Source: Macrostomum lignano | Taxonomy: Eukaryota | DNA: 64,000 nucleotides | Assembly (NCBI GenBank): GCA_002269645.1 | Contig: NIVC01002877.1 | Location: forward strand, 1-64,000 | Direction of reading: 5' to 3' | Shown here: one piece after another, positions 1-11,033 of the stretch | How the letters are laid out: each line of letters opens with the position of its first letter | Numbering within the stretch: position 1 is the first letter of the stretch | Position numbers and translations under genes: made by a program | The notes under the pieces: model-generated | What the model was told of the DNA's origin: nothing | Database searches by the model: none | What the model saw: only the letters and a program-made list of their open reading frames with translations

Positions 1-123
1 GTCAACATCCTGGACAAAATGCTTGAGAAAAATATATCGATAAAAGAGCAAGAGAACTTTGCTTTCACGGTTTAACAAAAATAAATTTCTATTTAAAAAG
101 ATGCCGATTATTTTGAGAAAGAC

Positions 124-471
124 GTGGACAAATACTATGACAAAAGGAACTTAATCTCATTAAACGCGGATCTGGACTTTTCCCTGCAGGCCACTATCAA
201 GAAAAGAACGCTCTGGGAATGGCCTTGCCGATTTGATCGCTCAGGGGCCAAGATTTTTAAGGTCATTGGAGAGAACAAAGAGAACATCAAGAACGTTGCC
301 GAAGCGGCTGCAGTGTAGCCACAGCAGCCAAAAAGATAAAGGATACTGTAACACCTAAACAAGAGATTCAACCTCTGGCGCCGCTGGCCCCAAACCCAGA
401 CAGTGTGGACCTGCAGTCTATGAGAAGATGAGAGCTAGCATTAAAAAAGGAAGTGGTTTCAAATTTGACTA
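124..471 (+). pseudogene. Possible small virion core or membrane-active protein of the Polinton, frameshifted
   Basis: Amphipathic Ala/Lys-rich stretch (GAKIFKVIGENKENIKNVAEAAA; another frame gives VATAAKKIKDTV), and a frame ending KKGSGFKFD*, a GxG motif typical of adenain-processed proteins. Frames are broken. Confidence 0.35.
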
Positions 472-514
472 AAGGGTACTTTCGAGGGTACAGAAATGTA
501 AAGGTACAAGACTA

Positions 515-755
515 GTCCCAAAATGACACATCTAAGTCCAAAATGACACATCCTAAGTCCAAAATGACACAATAAGTCCAAAATGACACATTAAGAAATG
601 ACAATCTAAGTCCCAAAATGACACATCTAAGTCCCAAAATGACACATCTAAGTCCCAAAATGACACATCTAAGTCCCAAAATGACACATCTAAGTCCCAA
701 AATGACACATCTAAGTCCCAAAATGACACATTAAGTCCCGAAATGACACATCTAA
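515..755. repeat. 21-bp tandem repeat (AAAATGACACATCTAAGTCCC), about 11 copies
   Basis: Read directly from the sequence; explains the spurious (LGLRCVI)n ORF at 512..721. Confidence 0.95.
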
Positions 756-794
756 ATTATTTATTATTTAAATTTTTTTTCATCATAGAAAAAA

Positions 795-1592
795 ATGGAC
801 TTTTCAAACGACTTCAATCCTCACTGGACGCGTAATCAGATTAAGTTTTCTCATCATGAGTCAATCCCGAGTCACTTCAGATGCATTGTTGTTGGTTCAT
901 CAGGTTCAGGTAAAACATTCAGAGTCTTTAACATGCTTCTTAGACCTGGCTTTATCGACTATGACACTCTGCACATCTACTCTCCCACACTGTATCAAGA
1001 TGAGTATAAAATGCTGATTCAGGGCTTCAAAACAAGCTGAACAAAGAGGACATTATTGCAATGTTTTAATAACCAAATGAGCCTTCCCAGTAACCCAGAA
1101 ATTGTAGCCGAATATGCAAAGCACCTCAAAGACAATGAAAAATGGCAGAACATTAAAGTGTTCACCTATGGAGATCCACAGGCTGATCCAAAGACCAAAC
1201 TTCTACCCCAACCAGATGAGCTAGAAAAGGGGAGAAAGCATTTGATCGTCTTTGATGATTGTATGACAGGCCCACAGAAGCAGATAGAAAACTATTTTAC
1301 AAGAGGGCGACATAACAATTGTAATGTAATTTACATTGCACAGAATTGGTTCGAGCTCCCGAACAAAACAATTCGTGGGAACTGCAATCTGATTCTCCTG
1401 TTTCCAACCATTCCACAGGACAGGTTAAAAAGATTTTACAATGAGGTCATTGCGCCTGCCTATTTCATAAATCCAACAAAAAACTCAAGCAGAAAGATTT
1501 CACAAGAGGAATTCGTTAATCTTTGCTATGACAAGTGGAATCAGCCTTACCAGTTTGTGATTATCAGCAAAGAAAAAAGAACTGTAATTTAA
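795..1592 (+). pseudogene. A32/FtsK-like DNA packaging ATPase, interrupted at 1038-1040
   Basis: Walker A GSSGSGKT, Walker B LIVFDD, and RGRHNN motif. ORFs 795..1040 and 1056..1592 are in the same frame, separated by an apparent compensating indel pair. Confidence 0.9.
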
Positions 1593-1608
1593 AATTTGCT
1601 ATTAAAAG

Positions 1609-2091
1609 ATGTCGATAAACTTTGCAGGTGAATCCATTTCTGGCAACAGCGCTCTTACATCAGCTCAGATATCCATCCTTGACAGGCGATATATCAACAG
1701 CGACGAAAAGATCCCAGAGATCAAACTGAATAAAAACAGACTGAAAGCCCTAGAGCGCTCCATGCACCAGTTGCAAATAAACATGGAAGATCTCAGGCTT
1801 AAAGTAGCTAGGCAGAAGTTTGAAAGTGATAAGCTTTATGTGCCGTTGTTAAACGCAACTAATGAACTTAGGTCAGAAATAACTTCGATAGTCTCGCTAA
1901 TCAACGGCTTGAGATCATCAGTTAATCTTCTGGGAAATTCCACTGATAGACGGATGCGTATTCTTGAAGGAGGAGTTTTCACAAACACAGCTAAAGTAAA
2001 TAATTTAGAAGAGTTCATGAACCAGTCAACAGCGTTGCATGATAGAATTAAAGAAAACGTCGCAACCAACACAGTAAAGTCAATAATTTAG
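1609..2091 (+). CDS. Polinton hypothetical coiled-coil protein
   Basis: 160-aa ATG ORF co-oriented with the ATPase; heptad-like pattern; no recognised family. Confidence 0.55.
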   Translation: MSINFAGESISGNSALTSAQISILDRRYINSDEKIPEIKLNKNRLKALERSMHQLQINMEDLRLKVARQKFESDKLYVPLLNATNELRSEITSIVSLINGLRSSVNLLGNSTDRRMRILEGGVFTNTAKVNNLEEFMNQSTALHDRIKENVATNTVKSII

Positions 2092-2099
2092 AAGAGTTC

Positions 2100-2426
2100 A
2101 TGACTCAGTCAACATCGTTGCATGATCGAATCAAAGAAAGACTTGAAGCATTAAAGAGAAAGGATGTATCACACAGTAGCTATCTAAACGGAATGTATAG
2201 CTCTTGGGGTAAAATACTAAGGAGGCTTGATCGTCTGGAGAGAACACTCAATCTTCGTGACATTGCTATTGATGAAGCAGAATCTGCTGCTCGTCCGGTC
2301 ATGTCTACAGATCGAGTAGAAGGAGCTCTGGACCCCGCCGGAGTAATCCGGCACGCTCTCAAACGTCAGCCGCCCAGCCGCTGCCTGCTGGACTCGCGAT
2401 CCTCCGGCGTCACGAGAGCCGCCTAG
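2100..2426 (+). CDS. Polinton hypothetical protein; N-terminus duplicates the C-terminal segment of the preceding ORF
   Basis: MTQSTSLHDRIKE versus MNQSTALHDRIKE; the DNA at ~2015-2055 resembles ~2085-2135. Confidence 0.45.
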   Translation: MTQSTSLHDRIKERLEALKRKDVSHSSYLNGMYSSWGKILRRLDRLERTLNLRDIAIDEAESAARPVMSTDRVEGALDPAGVIRHALKRQPPSRCLLDSRSSGVTRAA

Positions 2427-2516
2427 ACAACCGGCGGTGCAGATGGAATTATCAAAAAGAAAACAGATCTTTCAACGGATAGTTTTATAATTTTTTTTAT
2501 TTTTTCTAGAGAAAAA

Positions 2517-3238
2517 ATGGCCCAACAAAATTCTCTATACGATCAGTCTCAATACGTTGAACCTAAAATACCGACAGCACCAAACTCAATGGCACCGAAT
2601 TCGAACACACAAAACCTGGCACCGAATCTGAATGCACCTCAATATGAGCAACAAAAACTCTACCCGTCATTACTTGTAACTCTCAGCAGTTTCGACTGGT
2701 GGAGATTCAAAAAATGCGCGATGATCTTGAAAAAAATATTTTCCACAACACAAAGAAAATTAAGCGCTATGACAACCACTGTAAATTTTTCGACTACAGC
2801 AATATGATTCTAGGATCTGTGTCTGTTCTATCTGGATCTGCTGCAGCTGTCTCAGTGTTGCCAGTCATCACAGCCCCAATCGCAATCCCGCTCGGCTCTG
2901 TGGGTGCTGCATGTGGACTTATTTCAGCAATTACTGGAGCATTAGCGCGAAACAGGCGAAAAAAACTAAAGCAGCTACAGGAGAAGCAAGTAAAAGAGAA
3001 AGGGGTGCACACTTCAATCATAGGGTACATTTCAAGGGCAATCGAGGATAAGTTCATTTCAGAGGATGAGTTCAAAACCATTCAGGATCTTTATGAACAA
3101 TCAATTCGAATGAACTTGAACATGGTCGGTACTGATGACATGAGTCAGCTGAGAAATGAACTCGAGAAAGTTCTTCAACATTATGTGGAAAGAAAGTCGG
3201 CAAGAAATTCGAAGAAGGACAACGAGAATGCACAATGA
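2517..3238 (+). pseudogene. Conserved Polinton membrane protein (probably the 'gasderminX'-type ORF of adintoviruses), one frameshift near 2680
   Basis: Coiled coil, Gly/Ala-rich hydrophobic hairpin (ILGSVSVLSGSAAAV...GLISAITGAL), basic stretch and ISEDEF motif. N-terminus is in ORF 2517..2807, the rest in 2699..3238. Confidence 0.6.
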
Positions 3239-3242
3239 ACCC

Positions 3243-3643
3243 CTATGAAACACAGCCAAGAATAATTTCCTTGTAGGTCTTTCGTGTTTTGGTCATTGCA
3301 TACAAAACAGTCATGCACAGCTCACCGCAAATATCACTGCTAAGACCTTGGAGAATAAAGTCTGAGCGATAAATTTTTTTATTATTTTTTCCCTTCATAT
3401 AATTTCTTAGCTCTTCTGGTACTGCCGTCCCATAGCTATCGAAGTAATAACACTTGTGCTTGCGATCGGGATCAATCACCCAGCAAACCCAATGAGATCC
3501 TGGCTTATCGGTGGTGTCAAAGTTCATGATGCCGCATTCTTTCTTAGAGGAAAATCAGGCAGAGTGTCCCTCATAAATATTCCTCTAAAGTTTGGGATTT
3601 CCAGTTCGTTAGCCAAATCTTCAAGAAAGTTATTTGTTGTCAT
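3243..3643 (-). pseudogene. Adenain-like (C5) cysteine protease, one frameshift near 3540
   Basis: GSHWVCW (catalytic His), YYFDSYG (Asp), Q...DICGELC (Gln, Cys). The ATG at 3643 gives MTTNNFLEDLANELEIPNFRGIFMRDTLP, joined to the rest by restoring one A. Confidence 0.88.
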
Positions 3644-3676
3644 TTTTTATGAGGTTTATTAAACTTTCTCTCAAAC

Positions 3677-6600
3677 CTAAACCCAATATCCACCTCCTAA
3701 ACCTAACCTCCAATGCCCGAACGGTAGACTGTTGATATTGTCATCAAAAATGAATCTCTTGTTATCTGCACCTGACAGTCCAATCTTCTTTTGCTGAATT
3801 GTGTGAATAATATGGTTTTTAGATTGTAGCTTTGAGAACTCATGTGATGTCTTTTTGTTGCAATTCAAGGCGTCTCTGTATTCAGCTTCATTAATTTCCT
3901 TCCTAACACACGTTTCGGAATTCCCTTTGATTTTTTAATTGGGTCTGACGACTCACATTTTACAAAATAGGACTTTGCTCTCAACCCAATGAATTCAGTG
4001 ATTATGTCACCAGCAATCTCGTCCTTCATTTTCCCAATCACTTTCTTGTTAGTGGCGTCAAACACTTGATCGCCATTCTGCGTCCTGCAAGATTCATCAT
4101 ACTCAGACAAGTCAAACAAATCTTTTTGCTGCAGCATGTCCTGATAAATGTCTTCTGTTTGAATGTCCATAATAAAACTGTCTGTGTCAGTGTACAAGAG
4201 TTTCATTTTATCCTTGTACTGCTGCTTCATGCCATAGAAGAACTGGTACATCAGACGTTTTGATTCGTCGAGAACAGTGACACCTGTATAGATCGGCTTG
4301 CGCAGCGTCACCTTGGTTTTGTAAAATATGATCACACCTAAGTAGCTATTAAAGATATGGAGTTCTTTGAATGTTGGCTTTGACATATTTGCCTGAATAA
4401 CAGCAGGCTCTGATGAGGTAACAAGTTTCAGGTTTGTTCTTTTCCGCTCATTCTCAAGAGTCTTGCCATAGACAGAGTTGTTGGCCAACTTAAAGAGGTT
4501 CTTGTCAAAGTCGTTGGTTGCTTTGGTCCTAAACTGGGTGTTCTTATCAATGTAGGGTTTCATCCACGCTTCCTCTGTAAATGTAAGAGCCCTGTGAACT
4601 TTGGTGACCCTGCAACCAAGTGAGATAAAATACTGAAGCAGTTTGTAATGGATTTTGTAACGTGTCTTGTTGTTTAGATTCTGTGTTAGTTTCTCTGTAT
4701 GTTCTTTTTCTGTTCCTGACAGGTGCCAAGTTCCATTATTATCATTGGGAGTTTCGATTATTTTCGGGCACTTGATGTTCTCTGGGAAGGGTGGAAAGTC
4801 AGAGAAATAGTCGTGAAGCTCTGGTGGAATGTAAACATCAACCTCATAAATGGCAGCCAATGAAAAGTCCCATTTAATTCTGATGAGGGTAGCCATCGAA
4901 AATCTCTAACTGGAAGATCTTGACTCATCGCCCACCCGTAGAGATTATTAGCGTCCAAGTAAGTAATGTAGTTTGAGGGCTGCTCCTTATTGTAAGATTC
5001 AATGTAGGGATTGTTTGCTTTTGCATACCTGTTAACGCAAATTGAGATTCCCCCTCGCTTTGACGATTCGACAAAATTGTACATGTCAATGTCTGTAAGA
5101 AGTTCAATGTACCAATCTGGATCTTGATCCCATTTCATTTTAAGCAAAGATTCCCAGCTAGTGGCAGGCAGAGACACATAATGTGCTGGATCGAGGCCAT
5201 ATGCTGTGTACCAGGTGTATCTGAAGGTTTCAAACACATCGCCAGCAGAAACACATCTGTGAAGAGGTAAAGCAGGTGATACTGGAAGAAGTTTTGACAA
5301 TTAAAGTAATTATAGACATGCTTCGCGTGCTCATAGTCTTTGTCAGAGATTCCAGAGTCTGTTAGCTTTGAAAAGAACTTTTCTTGTGGTGGTAAACCTT
5401 CTTCAAATACGTGATACCCAGTAATATTTTCATAGGGGTAGAAGCCTTTCTTTCTTAAAAGTTTAAATGATTCATCACTGTTGTTAATTTTACTTGCAAA
5501 CATCTTTGTATATGTACATTGTTCATCTTTTAGATTCTTGCTTAGTTCGTCTAGACTGGCAGCTAGAAATTGATATGAATCCTTCAGTCTTATTTTACCT
5601 GTACCCGAATTAACCCGAATTATCCTGTTTAATATCAACACACTTAAACTTCTCCTTGTTCTCTGCGATGCAATCAAGGTGTATGTCTGGAATCATGCCG
5701 ATTTTTTCAACTATTAAATGCATGTCATAGTTCTTTGCGTTGTGACAAAATATCGTTAGATCATGAATGTTCGATTTTAGCTTTAGATTACAGGTGTTAT
5801 GCGCTGCCTCTAAATTTCCCAGTAAAGTGGCAGTGGTCCTAACGGTCGGGTTTTTAATATCAGTGCAAGTTAAATGTTTCCTGCAGATGTGGCAATGAGT
5901 TGCTGATAGGAAATTGCTTTCATCCTCCTCAGTCATCATTATTGGAACAGGTTGAAGGGTGCTAATCACTTTTTGCAACTCTAACATTCTGGCAATAAAC
6001 TGCTCCACACACTGCTCTCCAAAGAAATAATTATACTCAACAAGTCCTTTTGTAGTAATAAAGGCATATGCTACTGAATTGGGGACATGTTTTTGAGTTT
6101 GAGTTTGTTTTTGAGTTTGAGTTTGTTTTTGTGTTTCCGGCATGATTGAGCATTCGAAATCAGCATATACAACAAATGGGAGCTTCTCCATCTTGTGATA
6201 GTTCTTAAAACGGAGATACTTCTCTTCAGCTGAAGGAAGAGAGCAGTTTGTCGGGTGATCCTCGCATGATAATTCATGCTCTGTTAGCTTTTCAAAGCGT
6301 TCAGGTCCACTGTAATGCTTAAGGCACAAGCGGCAGATGGCAACAGCCTCGTGATGATTATTCAACTGCTTGTGAATGAGTCTTGAAAGATCTTTAATCC
6401 AAACATAGTGAGCCTCCTCTAGTAAATTACCAATCACTAGAAGATCCACTTCAGTCCGCCTTTTCCCCTCAGGATCTAAAACGTCTTTGCTACATCTGAC
6501 CGGTTGAACTTTCTCAGTTTTTTCACTCCACTCAAAGACTGTGATTCTAATTTTGTTATTAAACACTTCTTCTAGCTTTGGGATCTGAGAGATCGCCAAG

Positions 6601-7549
6601 CCTCCTTTGTCAAACCTGATTCCCTTCTTTTCGCATTCGATGAGATAGTAGTTGAAATAATTTTGATAATTTGAGGTTCTTTCGGGGTGGTGAGGGACAC
6701 TATCATGAAAAAGTGCAGAAAGAACTGCCCATAGAGCACAGCAATTGTCTTTATTTTTAACATTTATGCAAGCTTTTTTCCGGCTAGCTTGTGTGGGAGC
6801 TCTATATAAGAGGAGGCTTTAAGTGGGTCATATTTCATGACCATGACAGTTGCTCTTTGAATCCCTCCTACGACCCATCCGGAACCTCTGGATGTAAACG
6901 CTTCAATTTTCTTAGTGACATCTTGAAGGAAAGGATCCAGTGTGTCTGTAGGGGTGAATGGCTTTGCCTTTGTTGTCATGTAATACTCGAGATGCTCAGT
7001 GGGTTTCGCAGGCATATAAAACGCAATCTTGAATGATATCTGTAGTTTAAAAGTCTTGCGTGTTTTGAGTGTGTGATCAACAACTGATTGGATGCTGTCT
7101 TTATAGTCGTAGATATTTGCGGTGGTACCGTTGGTGCCGTTAATTGGGATTGTGTACTCTATGTAATGTTCTGTAAACTTCCTCTGTGCAAAATTAATCT
7201 CTTCAGTGGCAAGCTCCGACTCTTTTAAATGGATTAATTGCTCTAATTTCTCTTGTTCCTGCTTATTTTGTGGGTACTTTGCTTTTTCACCAGTGAGAGT
7301 TTCATATTTGTTAACTAAGTTGCGACTCCTCTCTTGGTGTTCCTTTGCAGAATTTTTTATAGGCGCATACTGGTTTGATTCTAATTGATTGATGATTTCC
7401 AACTGTTTTTCATAGCTTCCCAGGTGACCAGGGTCGGTGTTGAACTTTTGTTTGCATGCTTCTCTTAGTGAATTACTTTTGTCTTGAAATGAGACGCCTT
7501 TTGAAAAATATTTGTTGACTAAATCTTTTGCTGGATTAGCTTTTGGCAT
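3677..7549 (-). pseudogene. Protein-primed family B DNA polymerase (pPolB) in about six frameshifted pieces
   Basis: Exonuclease motif VVYADFE; polymerase motifs YLDANNLYGWAM, KLANNSVYGK and LLYTDTDS; endonuclease VII-like HCHIC...AHNTCN segment. Confidence 0.93.
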
Positions 7550-7672
7550 TTTTTTCTCTAACATAAAAAAAATTTTGAGGGTGACCACCCTGATAGAAAA
7601 GTTGAACTGTTTCTACATCCTATAAGTAGTGTTAGGTTTATGAAGCTGGATAAAGTGGGGTTTTAAACCTCA

Positions 7673-8128
7673 TCACATCCGCATTATTGTAAACCCAGCA
7701 TTGTGCAGTGTCATGATTGCTTTGACAATGTCAGACTTGCTTACAGAATTTTCATGCTCACAATCATCACAATCATCAAAATCAGGGCAACCATCTCCTG
7801 CCTTAATTGTTATACCTTTGTCTCTTGCAATCTTTTGCAATTCCAGCTGGTGGGCTCTATCATTACCAGCTTTAACAGCAGTTGCTACACCTCCAGCTAC
7901 ACCACCTGCGGCACTTACAGCGCCTGCAATAATCGGGATAAGAGCTGCTAATGGTAGGATTCCTCCTGACTTTTCATCTGTGATGCTGTGTCTTTGCTCA
8001 TTACATTGAACTATTTGCTGTGTGGGATCGATTTTTACTTTGATACCTTTAATTGATATAAGACCTGGTTTCTTTGATTCAATGATTTTATTGAGTTTAT
8101 TGATGGTTCTGGTTTCAATCTTTGTCAT
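7673..8128 (-). CDS. Adenovirus protein X (mu precursor)-like core protein
   Basis: KSGG-ILPLAALIPIIAGAVSAAGGVA resembles the adenoviral pX C-terminus (MRGG-ILPLLIPLIAAAIGAVPGIA, recalled from memory); basic N-terminus. Confidence 0.7.
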   Translation of the reverse strand: MTKIETRTINKLNKIIESKKPGLISIKGIKVKIDPTQQIVQCNEQRHSITDEKSGGILPLAALIPIIAGAVSAAGGVAGGVATAVKAGNDRAHQLELQKIARDKGITIKAGDGCPDFDDCDDCEHENSVSKSDIVKAIMTLHNAGFTIMRM

Positions 8129-8144
8129 TTTTTATTTTAATATT

Positions 8145-9182
8145 TTAATTAATTTCTGTGTCAGCTGGTATCACTAGGAGTTCAGCTCTAGTGAATGACC
8201 GCGTGGGGGATTTAGGGTTAAAGGCTTGAGATAAAAAGTAATAGTCACCGGAGTCGGAGGTAAAATGTCTGTCTATTTTATGTACATCAAGGCTGAAGTA
8301 TGGATCTGTAGCTGTTCTTTTGGTGTCCTTCTCTAGCTCTCCAGGTAGATATAAAAAGCGTAGAAACTCAGAGTTTGTCAGTATGTATGGTGATTCAACT
8401 CCTGGAAGCTTAGGGTAGTTCGAGGTGTGTTTTGTGTTGTGTGTGTTGTGTGGGGTTGTAGTGTTGTTGTCTGTTCTTTGAGTTGCCTTAAGTTTGACAG
8501 TGTCTTGTTTAATTGCATGGGATGGTTTCAATCCAGTCATACGTGTGACTTCATTGTTCAGTTGCTCTATAACAGTGGGGAGCCGGTCTGACCACTTGGT
8601 ATAGTACTGACCACTTTTTAGTTTCAGCTCTTCAGCTGTCTGCTTAGTGAATAGCCTCTTGGCTAGAGTTAGATTGAATCTTTCCACAAAAGCCTAGTCT
8701 CTGTGCAAGTTTGTTCTGCCATAGCGAATCTCTGTGTTTTTCTTTTCCATAAGGGATTTCACTACACCCATGAATTCCTTACCCGGGTCGGTCATAAAGA
8801 TTTGGGGGTATGTGAGTGGAGAGTTTTTATAAATATCTTGCAGTGCGCTGGCAACAACCTCTGACTTCTTCGTCTTGAGTGGGCGAGCTTCCTTATATCT
8901 GGAAGCAATGTCAATAATTGTAAGAGCATACTTGTAGCCTGAGTCGTTGGGGAGAAACAAAAGATCTGCTTGGTGCGCTTCATTAGGTTTATAAATACTG
9001 AAATGGGGCCTTTCAAATTTTACTGGTGGGAAATAGACTTGAAAGACAGCCTGCTTAGAGAGCCATTTTTCTACTGTAGCTTTTGGCTCTTTACTCAGCT
9101 CCATGAGTTTACTAACAGCATTTTTGCCTACAAAGAATCCTTTGTCGCTGTAGTAGAGTTTTTTAAGTTTCTGATCTGTCAT
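8145..9182 (-). pseudogene. rve-family retroviral-like integrase with one in-frame TAG at 8694-8696
   Basis: HQADLLFL (D), YALTIIDIASRY, FMTDPGKEF (D), HRD*AFVERFN (E). The two ORFs are in frame across the stop. Confidence 0.92.
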
Positions 9183-9212
9183 ATATTTAAAAAGAAAATT
9201 TTAAATAAAATA

Positions 9213-9662
9213 ATGCAACGCTCTGGTGGTAAAATAGATTCACATGGACTGATAGAAAAGCTTCCTCGTCCAAACAAAGGCTGGACACTTCCCGGCTATA
9301 AATATTGCGGGCCTTTGAATCCACTTGAAATACAGTTAGATAAAAACAATAATCCACATCCTGGGCATGAGCCTGTGAACGAGCTAGACTCTGTCTGCAT
9401 GTGGCACGACGTTAAATATAGAGATTTTCCTGAGGAGAAGAATCGCTGGGACAAAGAAATGCTTAAGAGACTAGACAATATAGGGGCTTCAAGCGGATTT
9501 CGTGAGTCGATCGCTCGGAAGCTAGTTAAAGCTGTTATTTTTGGTAAAACAAAGTTGGGGTTGGGGGTTGGTTTGGGAGAAGGGGTGGGCTTTGCGTTGC
9601 ACGCACCAAGTAAAGAATTAGGAAGACTGTTGAAAGAGCTGGGGGTTGAGAGAGCAGAATGA
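9213..9662 (+). CDS. Parvovirus VP1u-like phospholipase A2 (PLA2X)
   Basis: LPGYKYCGP calcium loop and PVNELDSVCMWHDVKY catalytic HD motif; probable start MQRSGG at 9213. Confidence 0.88.
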   Translation: MQRSGGKIDSHGLIEKLPRPNKGWTLPGYKYCGPLNPLEIQLDKNNNPHPGHEPVNELDSVCMWHDVKYRDFPEEKNRWDKEMLKRLDNIGASSGFRESIARKLVKAVIFGKTKLGLGVGLGEGVGFALHAPSKELGRLLKELGVERAE

Positions 9663-10007
9663 TTCAAGTAAGAAAATTCAGCTGGATTAGCGGGTGTTTG
9701 GGAGAAGAGAGAACCGGGAGGGGGATTTGCATTGCACACGCCAAATAGAGACTGCGTACATCGACAGTGAATTTCCCAGTATTTGAGGTGGTTTTCCGAC
9801 AGTTTTCCGGCAGTTTTCCGACAGTTTTTGTTGAGCAAAAAAAATCCGACAGTTTGTCGGATATTTGTCGCAAACAAAAACTCATTATCTACTAATAGTA
9901 GTCCTAGCATATAGTACTCCTATATAGTACTCCTTATAGTAGTGGGTGTTGATTTCAACGGTGAAGAGTTCGTATTGACGTTGATCATTGAGAGAATGTG
10001 AGAAAAA

Positions 10008-10248
10008 TTACAACTGCCTTATAACTTCAGCAAAGTTATAATAGCTGTCAAAATTGTTAATGACTACTCCGTGTTTTTCAAACCAGTGAGATTTAAGTGC
10101 TTTATTAATATTAGGGACATTGATATCAACATCGGGCCAATATTTTCTCATGTATTCGTTGCATTCTAGTTTGCATCGGTACTTACTCTTGTAGTTAGGC
10201 TCGTGCGCTTTGTAATAAGAACCTGGAGAGACAACTGGAAACATTTTT
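10008..10248 (-). CDS. Small hypothetical ORF (MFPVVSPGSYY...), possibly part of the Polinton
   Basis: ATG preceded by an A-rich leader like other Polinton genes; no recognised family. Confidence 0.3.
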
Positions 10249-10480
10249 ATTGAGAATTTATTTTTTTTCAAAGGGTAAGGACCCTGGGTTAGGGGATTTA
10301 AAGTTTTAGGGATCTGGTAGCATGTTGCGAATCGAATGTGGGCCCCATGGGGAGAAGAATGCAGATTATTTTCTGATTGTTTCGAAGATGCTATGGGTGG
10401 ATGTTGGTGGATTATGTCTGTGTCAGTGAGCATAACAGGTGTCCACAGTGAGCATAACAGGTATCAGTGGACACCTGCTC

Positions 10481-10700
10481 TGATTCTGTCAGGGATAATA
10501 TGGATGGATTTAATAGGATTATGTTCGAAGTTTTCGGAGCAAGTGCGGCCCCTCCCCTTTTTCATGATTCTGTCAGGGATAATATGGATGGATTTAATGG
10601 GATTATGGAGGACGTTTTGTGAGCGAGTGCGACCCCCCCTTTTTTCTGATTCTGTCAGGGATAATATGGATGGATTTAATGGGATTATGGAGGATGTGAA
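10481..10700. repeat. ~83-bp tandem repeat, 3 copies (core TGATTCTGTCAGGGATAATATGGATGGATTTAAT)
   Basis: Core starts at 10481, 10565 and 10647. Confidence 0.9.
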
Positions 10701-10734
10701 AAATTTTGTCCCAGAAGCCCCCTCATGCCTTCTA

Positions 10735-10970
10735 CTGCTGTAGCTATTGTGTAGCACACCTGAAGGCTGCATATGGCTGTTCAGCCTAAGGACTAGGTCA
10801 CCAAACATACCCTCAATTACACCAGCTAATGCTGGTACACATTTTATAGCTGGGTAAACTGAAGTAATGCAGAGTAAAGTAGCTTGCTCAAGGACACCAA
10901 TTGTCCTAATGGGATTGGGAATTGAATCCTTGACTTTCAAGTTGTGAGTCTATGCTCTAAGCACTAGGCT
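10735..10970 (-). mobile_element. tRNA-derived CORE (MIR-like) SINE
   Basis: Minus strand reads GCCTAGTGCTTAGAGC (A box), GGATTCAATTCCC (B box-like), then CTTGAGCAAGCTACTTTACTCTGC...CAGTTTACCCAGCTATAAAATG, similar to the MIR CORE. Confidence 0.75.
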
Positions 10971-11033
10971 TCAACCTAGTAAATTGATGGTATCATGATG
11001 AGGAAGCCATGTTGCCCTACTCTAGCCAAGCTC

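Larger units (their letters stand above)
1..9900. mobile_element. Polinton/Maverick (adintovirus-like) endogenous element; left end outside the window, right end uncertain (~9.9-10.7 kb)
   Basis: Compact intronless gene cluster with packaging ATPase, adenain protease, protein-primed PolB, pX-like ORF, rve integrase and PLA2, the hallmark Polinton gene set. No major or minor capsid gene recognised in the window. Confidence 0.92.

Noticed and set aside
9296-9910. 204-aa minus-strand ORF
   Set aside because: Antisense to the well-supported PLA2 gene; no motifs.
10900-10970. tRNA gene on the minus strand
   Set aside because: Degenerate A/B boxes run directly into a SINE CORE; no convincing cloverleaf.
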